From the NCBI GenBank assembly GCA_016203455.1, contig JACQMR010000009.1:6524-70523 (forward strand): a DNA stretch of 64,000 nt, given 5' to 3'. The stretch is from Candidatus Wildermuthbacteria bacterium (lineage in GTDB: Bacteria > Patescibacteriota > Minisyncoccia > Minisyncoccales > UBA10102). A program made the position numbers and the translations under genes. This document shows positions 53,636 to 63,754 of the stretch, piece after piece; the first letter of the stretch is position 1; every line of letters starts with the position of its first letter. The notes under the pieces were generated by a model. The model was not told where the DNA came from and did not search any database. It was given only the letters and a program-made list of their open reading frames with translations.

Positions 53636-56600
53636 ATGGACGCGAATTTTCCCAAGATAGAAGAGGAGATTTTAGAGAAGTGGAAGCAAGAGAAAACCTT
53701 TGAGAAGTCGGTCGCGAGGAGAAAGGGATCTCCCCGTTTTGTGTTTTACGAGGGCCCTCCAACGGCAAACGGGAAGCCCGGCATTCATCATGTGGCGTCC
53801 CGGTCGTTTAAGGATGTGGTTCTGCGCTATAAGACCATGGCCGGTTTTTTCGTTCCCAGACGCGCCGGGTGGGATACGCACGGTTTGCCTGTGGAGATCG
53901 CGGTGGAAAAAAAGCTCGGTTTAAAATCCAAGAAAGATATTGAGCGGTACGGCATAGAAAAATTCAATCAAGAATGTAAAAATTCGGTGTGGGAGTACCA
54001 AAAGGAATGGGAGGATGTAACTCGCAGAATAGGGTTTTGGGTGGACACAAAGAATTTTTATGCCACATATCAGACGCCGTTTATTGAAACCCTCTGGTTC
54101 ATCATTCAGACATGGTTTAAAAAAAAGCTTTTATACAAGGGGCATAAGGTGGTTCCGTGGTGCGCGCGGTGCGGGACCGCGCTGTCTTCGCATGAGCTGG
54201 CGCAAGGGTACAAAACTCTTGAAGATCAGTCGGTGTATGTGAAGTTTAAGGTAAAGCCCGGACAAAAAATCGGCAATGGTGTAGCAGACGACAGAACATA
54301 TATTTTGTCTTGGACCACAACCCCGTGGACATTGCCCGGGAATGTGGCGTTGGCGGTTGGAGAAAACATCGCATACATCAAGTATTGGAGAATAATTAAC
54401 GGCAAGAAAGAATCTTGCATTGTAGCGGAGGAACTCTATAAAAAAGAGCCGAACCCGTTTGTTCCCGAAGCGGAGTTCGCCGGAAATGATGTTCCGGCGC
54501 TCGGCGCGGATTCAGAGAGATTGATGGGCAAGGATCTTGTTGGCTTAGCATATGAGCCGCTTTTTGACATGAAAGCGCTTCAGAATGAGCGTTCTCACAA
54601 GGTGTACGCGGCTGATTTCGTGACCACAACAGACGGCACCGGAGTTGTGCATACGGCCGTTATGTACGGCGAAGATGATTACGCGTTAGGAAAGAAAGTT
54701 GGATTGCCGCAATTCCATACGGTTGACGAGCGGGGAAACTTTATCCAGGAAGTTCCGGGCGGGCTTGGAGGATTGTTCGTGAAAGCAAAAGAAACCGAGG
54801 ACAAAATTTTCAGCCACCTTGCGGAAAGCGGCGCTTTTTTTGCCGTTCAGCCGTATTCTCACGAATATCCGCATTGCTGGAGGTGTTCTACTCCTCTGAT
54901 GTATTACGCGAAAGATTCTTGGTTTGTTGATATGCAGAAGGTGAAAAAAGAACTGTTGGCAAACAACAAAAAGATCAATTGGATTCCCGGTCACCTCAAA
55001 GAGGGGAGAATGGGCGAGTGGTTGCGGGAAGTCAAAGATTGGGCGTTTTCGCGGGAAAGGTACTGGGGAACTCCTTTGCCTATTTGGGAATGCAAAGAAT
55101 GCAAACATCAAGAAGCATTGGGCTCTATAAAAGAATTGATCGCGAGACAAGTTCCAAACAATACCTATATTTTAATGAGGCATGGGCATTCAGGAAAGCA
55201 GGAAACCGATCTGATGAGCTGTTGGCCCGAGAAAAAGCCGTTTTCTCTTACCCCCGCTGGCAGGGCGCAGGCGGCAAAGACCGCAAAAGCATTGCGGAAA
55301 AAGAAGATTGATCTGATTGTTTCTTCCGATTTGCTCCGCACGAAAGAAACGGCAGAGATTCTGGCCAAAGCGACAGGTGCTCCCGTTCTGTTTGAGGAGC
55401 GGCTTCGCGAGGTGGACGCGGGGGAGTTAAACGGGAAGAGCGTTCTTTCCATAAGCAGGACCTGGGCGAGAAAAGAAGAAACGGAGACGGAGCATTATCT
55501 GCGCAGGTTTATTGATCCTTTGCCCGGAGGAGAAAATTGGATCCAGGTTCAGCGGAGAATGTATGAGGCGGTGCGCGATTTGGAGAAAAAGCACGCGGGC
55601 AAAACCATTGTTTTGGTTTCCCATGAAGCGCCTCTTACTTTGCTTGAAGGAACCCTGCGCGCGATGTCGCGCGAAGAAATTATTGAATTGAGAAAGAAAA
55701 AGGCCCTGGGGACGGGAGAAGCGCGCCAGACGCCGTTTGCCGATCTTCCGTATAATGCGGCTATGGAACTAGATTTGCACCGCCCTTTTATTGACCGGGT
55801 GGAGTTTCCGTGCGCGGCGTGCGAGAAGGGGCAGATGCAAAGAATTAAGGAGGTTGCCGATGTGTGGTTTGATTCCGGAGCCATGCCGTTCGCCCAGAAC
55901 CATTGGCCCTTCGCTCAAAATCCGAAAAAGCTACAAACTACAAACTACAAACTACAAGCTCCCCCGGACTTTCCCGCCGACTACATCGTGGAAGCGATTG
56001 ATCAAACCCGCGGCTGGTTCTATACTTTGCTCGCGGTTTCTACGCTTTTGGGCTTTGGGCCTCCGTACAAAAATGTTATATCTCTGGGCCATGTGCTGGA
56101 CGAGAAAGGAGAAAAGATGTCTAAATCCAAAGGGAATGTCGTAGATCCCCGGGACATGATTGAAAAATACGGCACCGATACCCTTCGCTGGTATTTTTTC
56201 ACGCTAAGCCATCCGGAAGATCCAAAACTGTTTTCGGAAAAAGATCTTATTCAGGTTTCCCGCAAGTTCATCTCAACTCTTTGGAACTCGTTTCTCTTTT
56301 ACGATACTTACGGGGCTTCGGTTTCCGTAAAAACTCCTCAACCCGATTCTCCGCTGGACTTTTGGATTTTGTCGCGGTTGCACGCGGTTATCGCGGCAAT
56401 GACAAAAACCATGAATTCTTACGACATTACCGGCTCTGCCAGGGTTTTGGAGGATTTTGTCATCAATGATTTGTCTCTGTGGCATATCCGCAGATCCAGG
56501 CCAAGATTTCAAAACCCCGCAACCAAAAAAGAGTTTGAAAGCGCGCGTTCCGTGCTGGGGTTTGTTTTGGCGCAGGTGAGCATACTGTCTGCCCCATTCA

Positions 56601-57205
56601 TTCCTTTTTTGAGCGAGCATATATATGGAAAGCTGGCAAAACAAAAAGAGAGCGTTCATTTGGAATCCTGGCCCAAGCCGGAAACTCGCTTTATGAAGCC
56701 CCTGTTAGACAAAGAGATGGCGCGGGCGCGGGAACTTGCGAGCAAGGGACTTGCATTGAGAGCTGTCGCCGGCATAAAGGTGCGCCAGCCGCTCGCGGCA
56801 TTAAAGATTAAAGATACACAAAAATTCAAAAAAGAGGTATTGGAAATTATACAAGACGAACTTAATGTGAAGCGGATTATCACGGATGCTTCGTTGCCGC
56901 GGGACGCGGAGTTGGATACCGTTATTACGCCTTCTTTGTTTGAGGAGGGCGTTGTGCGAGAGATCATAAGAAATGTGCAGGGGATGAGAAAGGATTCGGG
57001 GTATAAGCCCAAAGATAAGGCATGGCTGTATTACCGGTGCGCGGTTCCTTTGCAGGAGTTATTTTCGCGCAATGAGAAAAAAATTCGCGATGCGGGCGGC
57101 TTGACGGAGTTGCGCAAAGGAGATAGGCCAAAAGAGGTGTTTGATGTGGAGAAGACCATGTCTCTCTCAAGCGGAGAGTTATGGCTGGGAATGAAAAAAG
57201 TATAG
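53636..57205 (+). CDS. ileS: Isoleucyl-tRNA synthetase with an inserted histidine-phosphatase domain
   Basis: EGPPTANG, GWDTHGLP, WTTTPWT, SRERYWG, DQTRGWF, KMSKS. Confidence 0.96.
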   Translation: MDANFPKIEEEILEKWKQEKTFEKSVARRKGSPRFVFYEGPPTANGKPGIHHVASRSFKDVVLRYKTMAGFFVPRRAGWDTHGLPVEIAVEKKLGLKSKKDIERYGIEKFNQECKNSVWEYQKEWEDVTRRIGFWVDTKNFYATYQTPFIETLWFIIQTWFKKKLLYKGHKVVPWCARCGTALSSHELAQGYKTLEDQSVYVKFKVKPGQKIGNGVADDRTYILSWTTTPWTLPGNVALAVGENIAYIKYWRIINGKKESCIVAEELYKKEPNPFVPEAEFAGNDVPALGADSERLMGKDLVGLAYEPLFDMKALQNERSHKVYAADFVTTTDGTGVVHTAVMYGEDDYALGKKVGLPQFHTVDERGNFIQEVPGGLGGLFVKAKETEDKIFSHLAESGAFFAVQPYSHEYPHCWRCSTPLMYYAKDSWFVDMQKVKKELLANNKKINWIPGHLKEGRMGEWLREVKDWAFSRERYWGTPLPIWECKECKHQEALGSIKELIARQVPNNTYILMRHGHSGKQETDLMSCWPEKKPFSLTPAGRAQAAKTAKALRKKKIDLIVSSDLLRTKETAEILAKATGAPVLFEERLREVDAGELNGKSVLSISRTWARKEETETEHYLRRFIDPLPGGENWIQVQRRMYEAVRDLEKKHAGKTIVLVSHEAPLTLLEGTLRAMSREEIIELRKKKALGTGEARQTPFADLPYNAAMELDLHRPFIDRVEFPCAACEKGQMQRIKEVADVWFDSGAMPFAQNHWPFAQNPKKLQTTNYKLQAPPDFPADYIVEAIDQTRGWFYTLLAVSTLLGFGPPYKNVISLGHVLDEKGEKMSKSKGNVVDPRDMIEKYGTDTLRWYFFTLSHPEDPKLFSEKDLIQVSRKFISTLWNSFLFYDTYGASVSVKTPQPDSPLDFWILSRLHAVIAAMTKTMNSYDITGSARVLEDFVINDLSLWHIRRSRPRFQNPATKKEFESARSVLGFVLAQVSILSAPFIPFLSEHIYGKLAKQKESVHLESWPKPETRFMKPLLDKEMARARELASKGLALRAVAGIKVRQPLAALKIKDTQKFKKEVLEIIQDELNVKRIITDASLPRDAELDTVITPSLFEEGVVREIIRNVQGMRKDSGYKPKDKAWLYYRCAVPLQELFSRNEKKIRDAGGLTELRKGDRPKEVFDVEKTMSLSSGELWLGMKKV
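55930..55960 (+). repeat. In-frame 7-nt array in ileS (KLQTTNYKLQA)
   Basis: GCTACAA ACTACAA ACTACAA ACTACAA GCT. Confidence 0.9.
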
Positions 57206-57207
57206 AG

Positions 57208-57663
57208 ATGGCTCTGCGCTACAAAACACAAGGAGTCATACTGCAGAGAAAAGATGTTGGCGAGGCGCACAGGGTGTTCACCGTATTTACAAAAGAATTT
57301 GGGAAGGTGCTTGTTTGGGCGGTATCGGAACGGAAGATAGGGTCAAAGCTTCGCGGGGGTTTGGAATTGTTTTCTCTTTCACATCTGGAATTCGTGGAGG
57401 GAAAAGAGCGCAGAGTTCTTGTTGAGGCGATTTGTTTGGAACAGCAGGTGTTTCTTAAGAATGATTTGCGGAAAATTCAGGCGGCGCAAGGCATGTGTGA
57501 ATTCCTGGATCGCCTCGTTGGCGAAGAGCAAGGAGACCTGGAGCTGTGGGATTTATTGAGATCTTCGTTCGCGGAGCTCAAAGACCACGGATCCCCCAAA
57601 GCCGTATATTCGCTGTTCGTATCCCGCGCTTTGGAGGCGGCGGGATACGGGGCGCGCAATTAA
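57208..57663 (+). CDS. recO: DNA repair protein RecO (short form)
   Basis: TQGVIL, GEAHR, FTKEFGKV, SKLRGGLE; ends after GY. Confidence 0.85.
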   Translation: MALRYKTQGVILQRKDVGEAHRVFTVFTKEFGKVLVWAVSERKIGSKLRGGLELFSLSHLEFVEGKERRVLVEAICLEQQVFLKNDLRKIQAAQGMCEFLDRLVGEEQGDLELWDLLRSSFAELKDHGSPKAVYSLFVSRALEAAGYGARN

Positions 57664-57674
57664 TATAGACGCAT

Positions 57675-59351
57675 ATGAAGAAACCGCGCATTGCCATTCC
57701 AAAGTTTTCATACATTATTGCCGGATCTCTTATGGCGCTTTTAGCGCTGGGGTTTTGGTTTTGGCAAAGAAACGACTATTCAAAAGATGTGTTGAAGCTT
57801 GAGATTTTAGCGCCCTCCCGGACGGTCATGGGAGAGGAGATTTCTTTTGTGGTGAAATACAAGAATAACGGGGAAATACGATTGGAAAAACCCACGCTTA
57901 TTTTTGAGTATCCTGCGGGGTCTTTGGTTCCGGAAGGGAAGTCCGAGCGTCAAACGCTTTCACTGGAGGACATTTATCCCGGGCAAGAGCAGAATATTGA
58001 ATTCCCCGCGCGGTTGTTTGGCAAAGAGGGCGATATTAAAGAAGCCCGCGTGCTTTTGCAGTATGCTCCAAAAAATCTGAACGCGCAGTTTGAGTCAGAG
58101 ACAACGGCGGCTGTTGTCCTTTCTTCCGTGCCGCTGAATTTTGAACTGGACATTCCTTCCAAAGTTGAGGCCGGCCAGCAGTTTGATTTTGCATTGAATT
58201 ATTTTTCAAATTCCGAATTTCCGCTTTCCGATCTGCGGATTCAGCTTGAGTATCCAGGAGGGTTTTCTTTTGCCAAAGCGGTCCCTTCTCCCATTGGGGA
58301 TAAAGAATGGAAAATAGGAGTGCTCAACAAGGCGGGCGGCGGGAGGATTGTTGTAACCGGGTCTTTGGACGGGCAGGTGGAAGAAGCCAAAATTTTTAAG
58401 GCCGTGCTTGGCATATGGAGAGACGGCAAGTTCACGGCCCTTAAAGAAGTCGCGCGCGGCCTGGAGATCACCCAGACGCGGCTTATCATTGCCCAGACGA
58501 TAAACGGGCTTCCTGATTACACGGCTTCTCCCGGAGAGATATTGCATTATGTTGTTTCATTCAAAAACGCAAGCGACAAGAATTTGGAGAATTTGTTTCT
58601 TATTGTTTCTTTGGAGGGGAGGCCGCTGGACATGGGAAGCGTGCGGACAACCGGCGGGATGTTTCAGAAAGGGGACAACTCTATTATCTGGGAGTCAAAG
58701 GATTCTTCGCGTTTGCGGTTCTTGGGCAAGGGCGAGGAAGGCCAGGTTGAGTTTTGGGTGGCGGTAAAAAATTCCTGGGAGGTGTTTAGTCCGCAGGATA
58801 AAGAATTTATCATACAAAATCGCGTCTTGTTGTCAGACGCACGGGCGGAATTTACTGCAAAAGTCAACTCTCAAGTGGCCATTGAGCAAGCGGTTTATTT
58901 TCAGGATGAGGTGTTTGGAAACCTTGGTCCTCTGCCTCCGCAGGCGGGCTTCCCCACCTCCTTTACGGTTTTATGGAAGGCAAAGAATTTTTCCAACGAC
59001 GCGGAAAACGCCAAGGTGAGAGCGGTTTTGCCGGAAGGCGTCTCTCTGACCGGCCGCATATTTCCGGAGGATTCGCATCTCACATACGACGAAGCGTCTC
59101 GGGAGGTACTCTGGAATATCGGGGATATTTCCGCGGGAACAGGGACATTCTCCGATGCTCTGGAGATTGCGTTCCAGATTCAGCTTGCCCCGTCTGTTTC
59201 CCAGCGCGGAGCCATTCTTCCTCTTATGGGAACGGCAGTTATTACGGGAGACGACCGCTTTACGGATCGGGAAATCTCTGGTAGTGATGGAGCGGTGGAT
59301 ACGCGGCTTCCCGACGACTCCTCAATCATTCAGAATGGGATTGTGCTCTAA
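57675..59351 (+). CDS. Membrane-anchored protein with Ig-like repeats
   Basis: N-terminal TM helix; repeated YxNx(7-9)L...YPxG beta-rich units; GPLPP. Confidence 0.7.
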   Translation: MKKPRIAIPKFSYIIAGSLMALLALGFWFWQRNDYSKDVLKLEILAPSRTVMGEEISFVVKYKNNGEIRLEKPTLIFEYPAGSLVPEGKSERQTLSLEDIYPGQEQNIEFPARLFGKEGDIKEARVLLQYAPKNLNAQFESETTAAVVLSSVPLNFELDIPSKVEAGQQFDFALNYFSNSEFPLSDLRIQLEYPGGFSFAKAVPSPIGDKEWKIGVLNKAGGGRIVVTGSLDGQVEEAKIFKAVLGIWRDGKFTALKEVARGLEITQTRLIIAQTINGLPDYTASPGEILHYVVSFKNASDKNLENLFLIVSLEGRPLDMGSVRTTGGMFQKGDNSIIWESKDSSRLRFLGKGEEGQVEFWVAVKNSWEVFSPQDKEFIIQNRVLLSDARAEFTAKVNSQVAIEQAVYFQDEVFGNLGPLPPQAGFPTSFTVLWKAKNFSNDAENAKVRAVLPEGVSLTGRIFPEDSHLTYDEASREVLWNIGDISAGTGTFSDALEIAFQIQLAPSVSQRGAILPLMGTAVITGDDRFTDREISGSDGAVDTRLPDDSSIIQNGIVL

Positions 59352-59357
59352 AACACC

Positions 59358-60764
59358 ATGGAAGACCTTATGCAAAAAATTGTTTCTCTGGCAAAACGCC
59401 GCGGCTTTATTTTCCCGGGATCTGAAATCTACGGCGGACTCGCCAATTCTTTTGATTACGGGCCTCTTGGCGTTGAGTTAAAGAACAATATCAAGCAAGA
59501 GTGGTGGAAGCGGTTTGTGCATCAAAGAACCGATGTTGTTGGCATTGATGCCGCGCTTTTAATGAATCCGAAGGTGTGGTCAGCAAGCGGGCATATAAAG
59601 AATTTTTCAGATCCTCTTGTGGAGTGCAAAAAATGTCATACCAGATTTCGCGTTGAGGGCGAAATATCCAGCAAGAGCTTGCCTAAAGAGATATATGACC
59701 ACATAGAAACTAGTCATCCTCCAAAGGAAGGAATTCCGACGGTTTTGGGATTTGAGTCACTCAAACAGGATTTTACAGAAAAGAAAGCTTTTAATTTGAT
59801 GTTGAAGACATATCTAGGACCAGCCGAAGGGGACGCGAATGTTGTTTACTTCAGGCCTGAAACAGCCCAGGCAATGTTTGTGGATTTTAAAAATGTGCTT
59901 GACACGAGTCATCGCAAACTGCCTTTTGGCATTGCGCAGATTGGGAAAGCGTTTCGCAACGAGATTACTCCGGGAAACTTTATTTTTCGCATGCGTGAGT
60001 TTGAGCAAATGGAGATTGAGTATTTTATAGAAGAAAAAGATTGGGAAAAATACTTTGACCATTGGTTAGAACAAATGAAACAATGGCTGAAAGACCTTGG
60101 AGTTTCAGACACTAAACTTCATTATGTTGATATTCCTGACGGGGAAAGGGCGCATTATTCAAAGAGAACCGTGGATATAGAATATGACTATCCGTTTGGT
60201 CAAAAAGAGCTGTATGGATTGGCGTACAGGGGGGATTTTGATTTAAAAAATCATATGGAGGCAAGCGGTCAGGACTTGCGTTATCAAAATCTTGAAACAA
60301 AAGAAAAGTTTCTTCCTCATGTGATTGAGCCAACATGGGGCGTTGATCGTTCGGTGCTGGTCGCGCTTCTTGAAGCGTATGCGGAAGAAACGGTAGAGCA
60401 GAAAGAACGAACGACGGGAGAGGAAATTGAAGATACAACTCGCGTGGTGATGAAATTTCCAGCGTGGCTTGCCCCCGTGAAAGTTGCCGTATTGCCTCTT
60501 TCAAAAAAAGAAAATCTGATGGAGATTGCAAAAAAAATACACGCGGAACTTTCCAGACAATTTGTCGTTGAATATGATGAAACGCAAAGCATTGGAAAAC
60601 GCTACCGCAGACAAGACGAGATCGGCACGCCCATCGCCTTAACGGTTGACTTTCAAACGGTTCAAGATAATACGGTAACACTGCGCGATCGCGATACCAT
60701 GAAGCAGACGAGAATCGCGATAGATAAGCTGGCCGATGTCATCCAAGAAAAACTCCATGATTAA
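59358..60764 (+). CDS. glyQS: Glycyl-tRNA synthetase, alpha2 type
   Basis: KRRGF, YGG, RPETAQ, FRNEITP, REFEQME, IGKRYRRQDEIG. Confidence 0.96.
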   Translation: MEDLMQKIVSLAKRRGFIFPGSEIYGGLANSFDYGPLGVELKNNIKQEWWKRFVHQRTDVVGIDAALLMNPKVWSASGHIKNFSDPLVECKKCHTRFRVEGEISSKSLPKEIYDHIETSHPPKEGIPTVLGFESLKQDFTEKKAFNLMLKTYLGPAEGDANVVYFRPETAQAMFVDFKNVLDTSHRKLPFGIAQIGKAFRNEITPGNFIFRMREFEQMEIEYFIEEKDWEKYFDHWLEQMKQWLKDLGVSDTKLHYVDIPDGERAHYSKRTVDIEYDYPFGQKELYGLAYRGDFDLKNHMEASGQDLRYQNLETKEKFLPHVIEPTWGVDRSVLVALLEAYAEETVEQKERTTGEEIEDTTRVVMKFPAWLAPVKVAVLPLSKKENLMEIAKKIHAELSRQFVVEYDETQSIGKRYRRQDEIGTPIALTVDFQTVQDNTVTLRDRDTMKQTRIAIDKLADVIQEKLHD

Positions 60765-62028
60765 CAAAACAACATTCAAAAGCGGCCTGCGTCTTCTTAC
60801 CATACCGGAGAAAAACACCACCACCGCAACCGTGGTGGCGCTTGTCGGCACGGGTTCTAAATATGAGGAGAAACGGATTAACGGAGTATCTCATTTTTTA
60901 GAGCATATGTTTTTTAAAGGGACCAAGAACCGCCCGACATCATTTGATGTGGTCGCTCCCATTGAGAATGTGGGCGGAATTTTTAACGCGTTTACCACGC
61001 AGGATGTTACCGGATATTTTGTAAAGGTGGATGCCAGGCATGTGGACATGGCTTTGGAAATCGTGGCGGATATTTTTTTGAATTCCGTGTTCTCGCAAGA
61101 GGAGATAGAAAAAGAAAAAGGCGTGGTTATAGAAGAAATCAACATGAGAAAGGATGCCCCCCAGACCAGAGTATGGGATTTGTGGGAGCAGGTTATTTTG
61201 GGAGATCAGCCGGCCGGGTGGGATGTCGCGGGCACGAAAGAAAGCGTTTCGGGGCTTAAAAGAGAAGATATCGTGGGCTATGTGAACAGCCAATATGTGG
61301 CAAAAAACACCGTGATAGCCGTTGCGGGCAACATTCAAGAAGAAAAGATGGCAGAACGCGTGGAATCTTTATTTCAGAATGTCGCGACCGGAGAATTTAA
61401 ACCAAAGTATCCTGTTGTGCCTTATCGCATGGACCCCCCAGTGTTTTTGGAGACGAGAAAAACCGACCAGACGCATTTGGCTCTTGGGGTTATGGCGCGC
61501 AACGCGTTTCATAAAGACAGATACGCGCAGGATATTTTAGCGGGTATTTTGGGAGACGGCATGAGTTCCCGCATGTTTATGGAAATTAGAGAAAAGATGG
61601 GGCTCGCGTATTATATTTACACGGCGAGCAGGAAGGACCCCGATACGGGATTTCTTGCCACATTTGCCGGGGTTAAGAATGAATACGCGGAACGAGCGGT
61701 TGCGGCAATTGTTGAGGAATATCGCAGAATTAAAGATGTGCGGGTGTCTTCGCAAGAATTGAGAAACGGCAAGGACAAAGCTCTGGGAGGTCTTGCCATG
61801 CGCCTGGAGCCGTCTGAAGTTCAGGCGGAGTTTTATGGCATGCAGGAAGTCCTGGAAAACCGTTTTTTCAGTCCGGAAGAGGTGTATGGTATGATAGAGG
61901 AGGTTACCGTTCAAGATATTCAGCGAGTGGCGCAAGAACTATTTTCCGCGGGCAATTTGCGCCTCGTTGCCGTGGGTCCCGGCGACAACAAGGAATCGTT
62001 AGAAGGACTGCTTTCGCGCGCGACATGA
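60757..62028 (+). CDS. M16-family zinc peptidase
   Basis: HFLEH, NAFT, EKGVVIEEI, GMSSRMF.EIREK.GLAY. Confidence 0.93.
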   Translation: MINKTTFKSGLRLLTIPEKNTTTATVVALVGTGSKYEEKRINGVSHFLEHMFFKGTKNRPTSFDVVAPIENVGGIFNAFTTQDVTGYFVKVDARHVDMALEIVADIFLNSVFSQEEIEKEKGVVIEEINMRKDAPQTRVWDLWEQVILGDQPAGWDVAGTKESVSGLKREDIVGYVNSQYVAKNTVIAVAGNIQEEKMAERVESLFQNVATGEFKPKYPVVPYRMDPPVFLETRKTDQTHLALGVMARNAFHKDRYAQDILAGILGDGMSSRMFMEIREKMGLAYYIYTASRKDPDTGFLATFAGVKNEYAERAVAAIVEEYRRIKDVRVSSQELRNGKDKALGGLAMRLEPSEVQAEFYGMQEVLENRFFSPEEVYGMIEEVTVQDIQRVAQELFSAGNLRLVAVGPGDNKESLEGLLSRAT

Positions 62029-63056
62029 ATAACCAAGAAAGAATTTTAGACATATCCTGGAGCACGATCTTTAAGCTTGGAGTCGCGGGCTTGAGCTTTT
62101 ATGTGCTGTTTCTTACAAGAGATATTCTCGTATGGGTTCTGTTCGGGATTATTTTATCTATTCTTGTAAATCCCCTCATTGACATCCTGGCTCGCTTCAG
62201 AGTTCCCCGGCCGGTCGGGGTTATGAGCGTGTATTTGTGTATTTTCGGGCTTTTGTCTTTCATGCTTTGGGGGATGGCGCCTTTTTTCGTGGGAGAAATT
62301 CAGCGGTTTTCCCAGGTTCTGCCCCAGTATTTTGAAACGATTTCTCCCGCCCTGCGCGGTTTGGGCATCGCGGCGTTCTCTGATACTCAAACACTGCTGG
62401 ATTCCGTGGCGGGAAGCGCGGAGAGAATCGCCGCAAACGCGCTGAACGCCCTGTTCTTTATCTTTGGAGGCATTTTTTCAACGATCTTCGTGTTTTCCAT
62501 AGCGGTATTTTTGTCGTTGGAGCATAAAGCCATAGAGCAGGGCATTGTACTGATGTTTCCAAAAAAATACGAGGTGTTCGCGCTAAAACTTTGGGAGAGT
62601 TCCCGCCAGAAGGTTTCAGGATGGTTTGCGTCCCGTCTTCTTGCCTCTTTGTTTGTGGGCGTTGCGACTGCCGTTGCTCTGCTTTTATTTAATGTACAGT
62701 ACCCTTTTTCTTTGGGTTTACTGTCTTTTGTGACAAACTTTGTTCCTATCATCGGGCCATTGATCGCGGGCGTGCTGGTTGCCGGGGTTGTGGCGATGGA
62801 TTCTCTGCTGAAAGCCGGATTCGTTATGCTCGCGTTTTTTCTTATACAGCAGGTTGAGGGGAATATCTTGACCCCCCTGCTTTCAAAAAAATTTTTGGGG
62901 GTGCCTTCCGTTCTGGTGCTTATTTCTCTGGCCGCCGGCGGGGAGTTGTGGGGGATTATGGGCGCCATCATGGCGGTTCCTCTGGCTGGGATTCTCTTTG
63001 AGTTTCTTCGGGATTTTCTGGCAAAAAGAAAAGAAGACGCCGCTTCTGACGCATAA
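62025..63056 (+). CDS. AI-2E family transporter
   Basis: Polytopic; NFVPIIGP, QQVEGNILTP, GAIMAVP. Confidence 0.9.
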   Translation: MNNQERILDISWSTIFKLGVAGLSFYVLFLTRDILVWVLFGIILSILVNPLIDILARFRVPRPVGVMSVYLCIFGLLSFMLWGMAPFFVGEIQRFSQVLPQYFETISPALRGLGIAAFSDTQTLLDSVAGSAERIAANALNALFFIFGGIFSTIFVFSIAVFLSLEHKAIEQGIVLMFPKKYEVFALKLWESSRQKVSGWFASRLLASLFVGVATAVALLLFNVQYPFSLGLLSFVTNFVPIIGPLIAGVLVAGVVAMDSLLKAGFVMLAFFLIQQVEGNILTPLLSKKFLGVPSVLVLISLAAGGELWGIMGAIMAVPLAGILFEFLRDFLAKRKEDAASDA

Positions 63057-63061
63057 TAGCC

Positions 63062-63742
63062 GTGGGCACTCTTTTTATTGTAGCCACTCCAATAGGGAAT
63101 TTGGAAGATATGACATTGCGCGCGATTCGCGTCTTGAAAGAGTGCGTTTTTGTGTTATGCGAAGATACCAGGGTAACCCGAAAACTCTTGGACAGGCACG
63201 AAATTACAACGCAGACGATGAGCTATCACCAGCACAGCGCGGAGGAAAAAAAGAAGGAGATCTTCTCTCTTCTTTCGCAAGGCAAAAATCTTGCTCTGGT
63301 AACGGATGCGGGTACTCCGGGCATTTCAGATCCGGGCAACGAGCTGATCTCGTTTTTACTGGAACAATGTCCCGGGTTGAAAATCATGCCCGTGCCAGGT
63401 CCCTCCGCTCTCGCGGCGATTGCGAGTGTTGCAGGCATCCCCATGGATAAGTTTTTGTTTCTTGGGTACCCTCCGCATAAAAAAGGCAGGAAGACATTTT
63501 TTGAAAAGGTCAGTCAGTCGGGATATCCGGTTGTGTTGTACGAGTCCCCGCACCGCATTACAAAGACCCTTGGCGAATTGCGCAACGCCGACCCGGCCTT
63601 TTGCGTCGTGGTTGGCAGAGAGCTGACCAAGGAATTTGAGGAGGTTCTGCGCGGGTCCATAGACAGCGTGCTCGCGGTTCTTGAAGCAAAAAAGAAACTG
63701 TTGGGCGAATTTGTTTTGGTGGCATATAGAAGAGATTCGTGA
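63062..63742 (+). CDS. rsmI: 16S rRNA C1402 methyltransferase RsmI
   Basis: ATPIGNLED, EDTR, DAGTPGISDPG, YESPHR, RELTK. Confidence 0.96.
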   Translation: MGTLFIVATPIGNLEDMTLRAIRVLKECVFVLCEDTRVTRKLLDRHEITTQTMSYHQHSAEEKKKEIFSLLSQGKNLALVTDAGTPGISDPGNELISFLLEQCPGLKIMPVPGPSALAAIASVAGIPMDKFLFLGYPPHKKGRKTFFEKVSQSGYPVVLYESPHRITKTLGELRNADPAFCVVVGRELTKEFEEVLRGSIDSVLAVLEAKKKLLGEFVLVAYRRDS

Positions 63743-63754
63743 TACAAGAACGAT

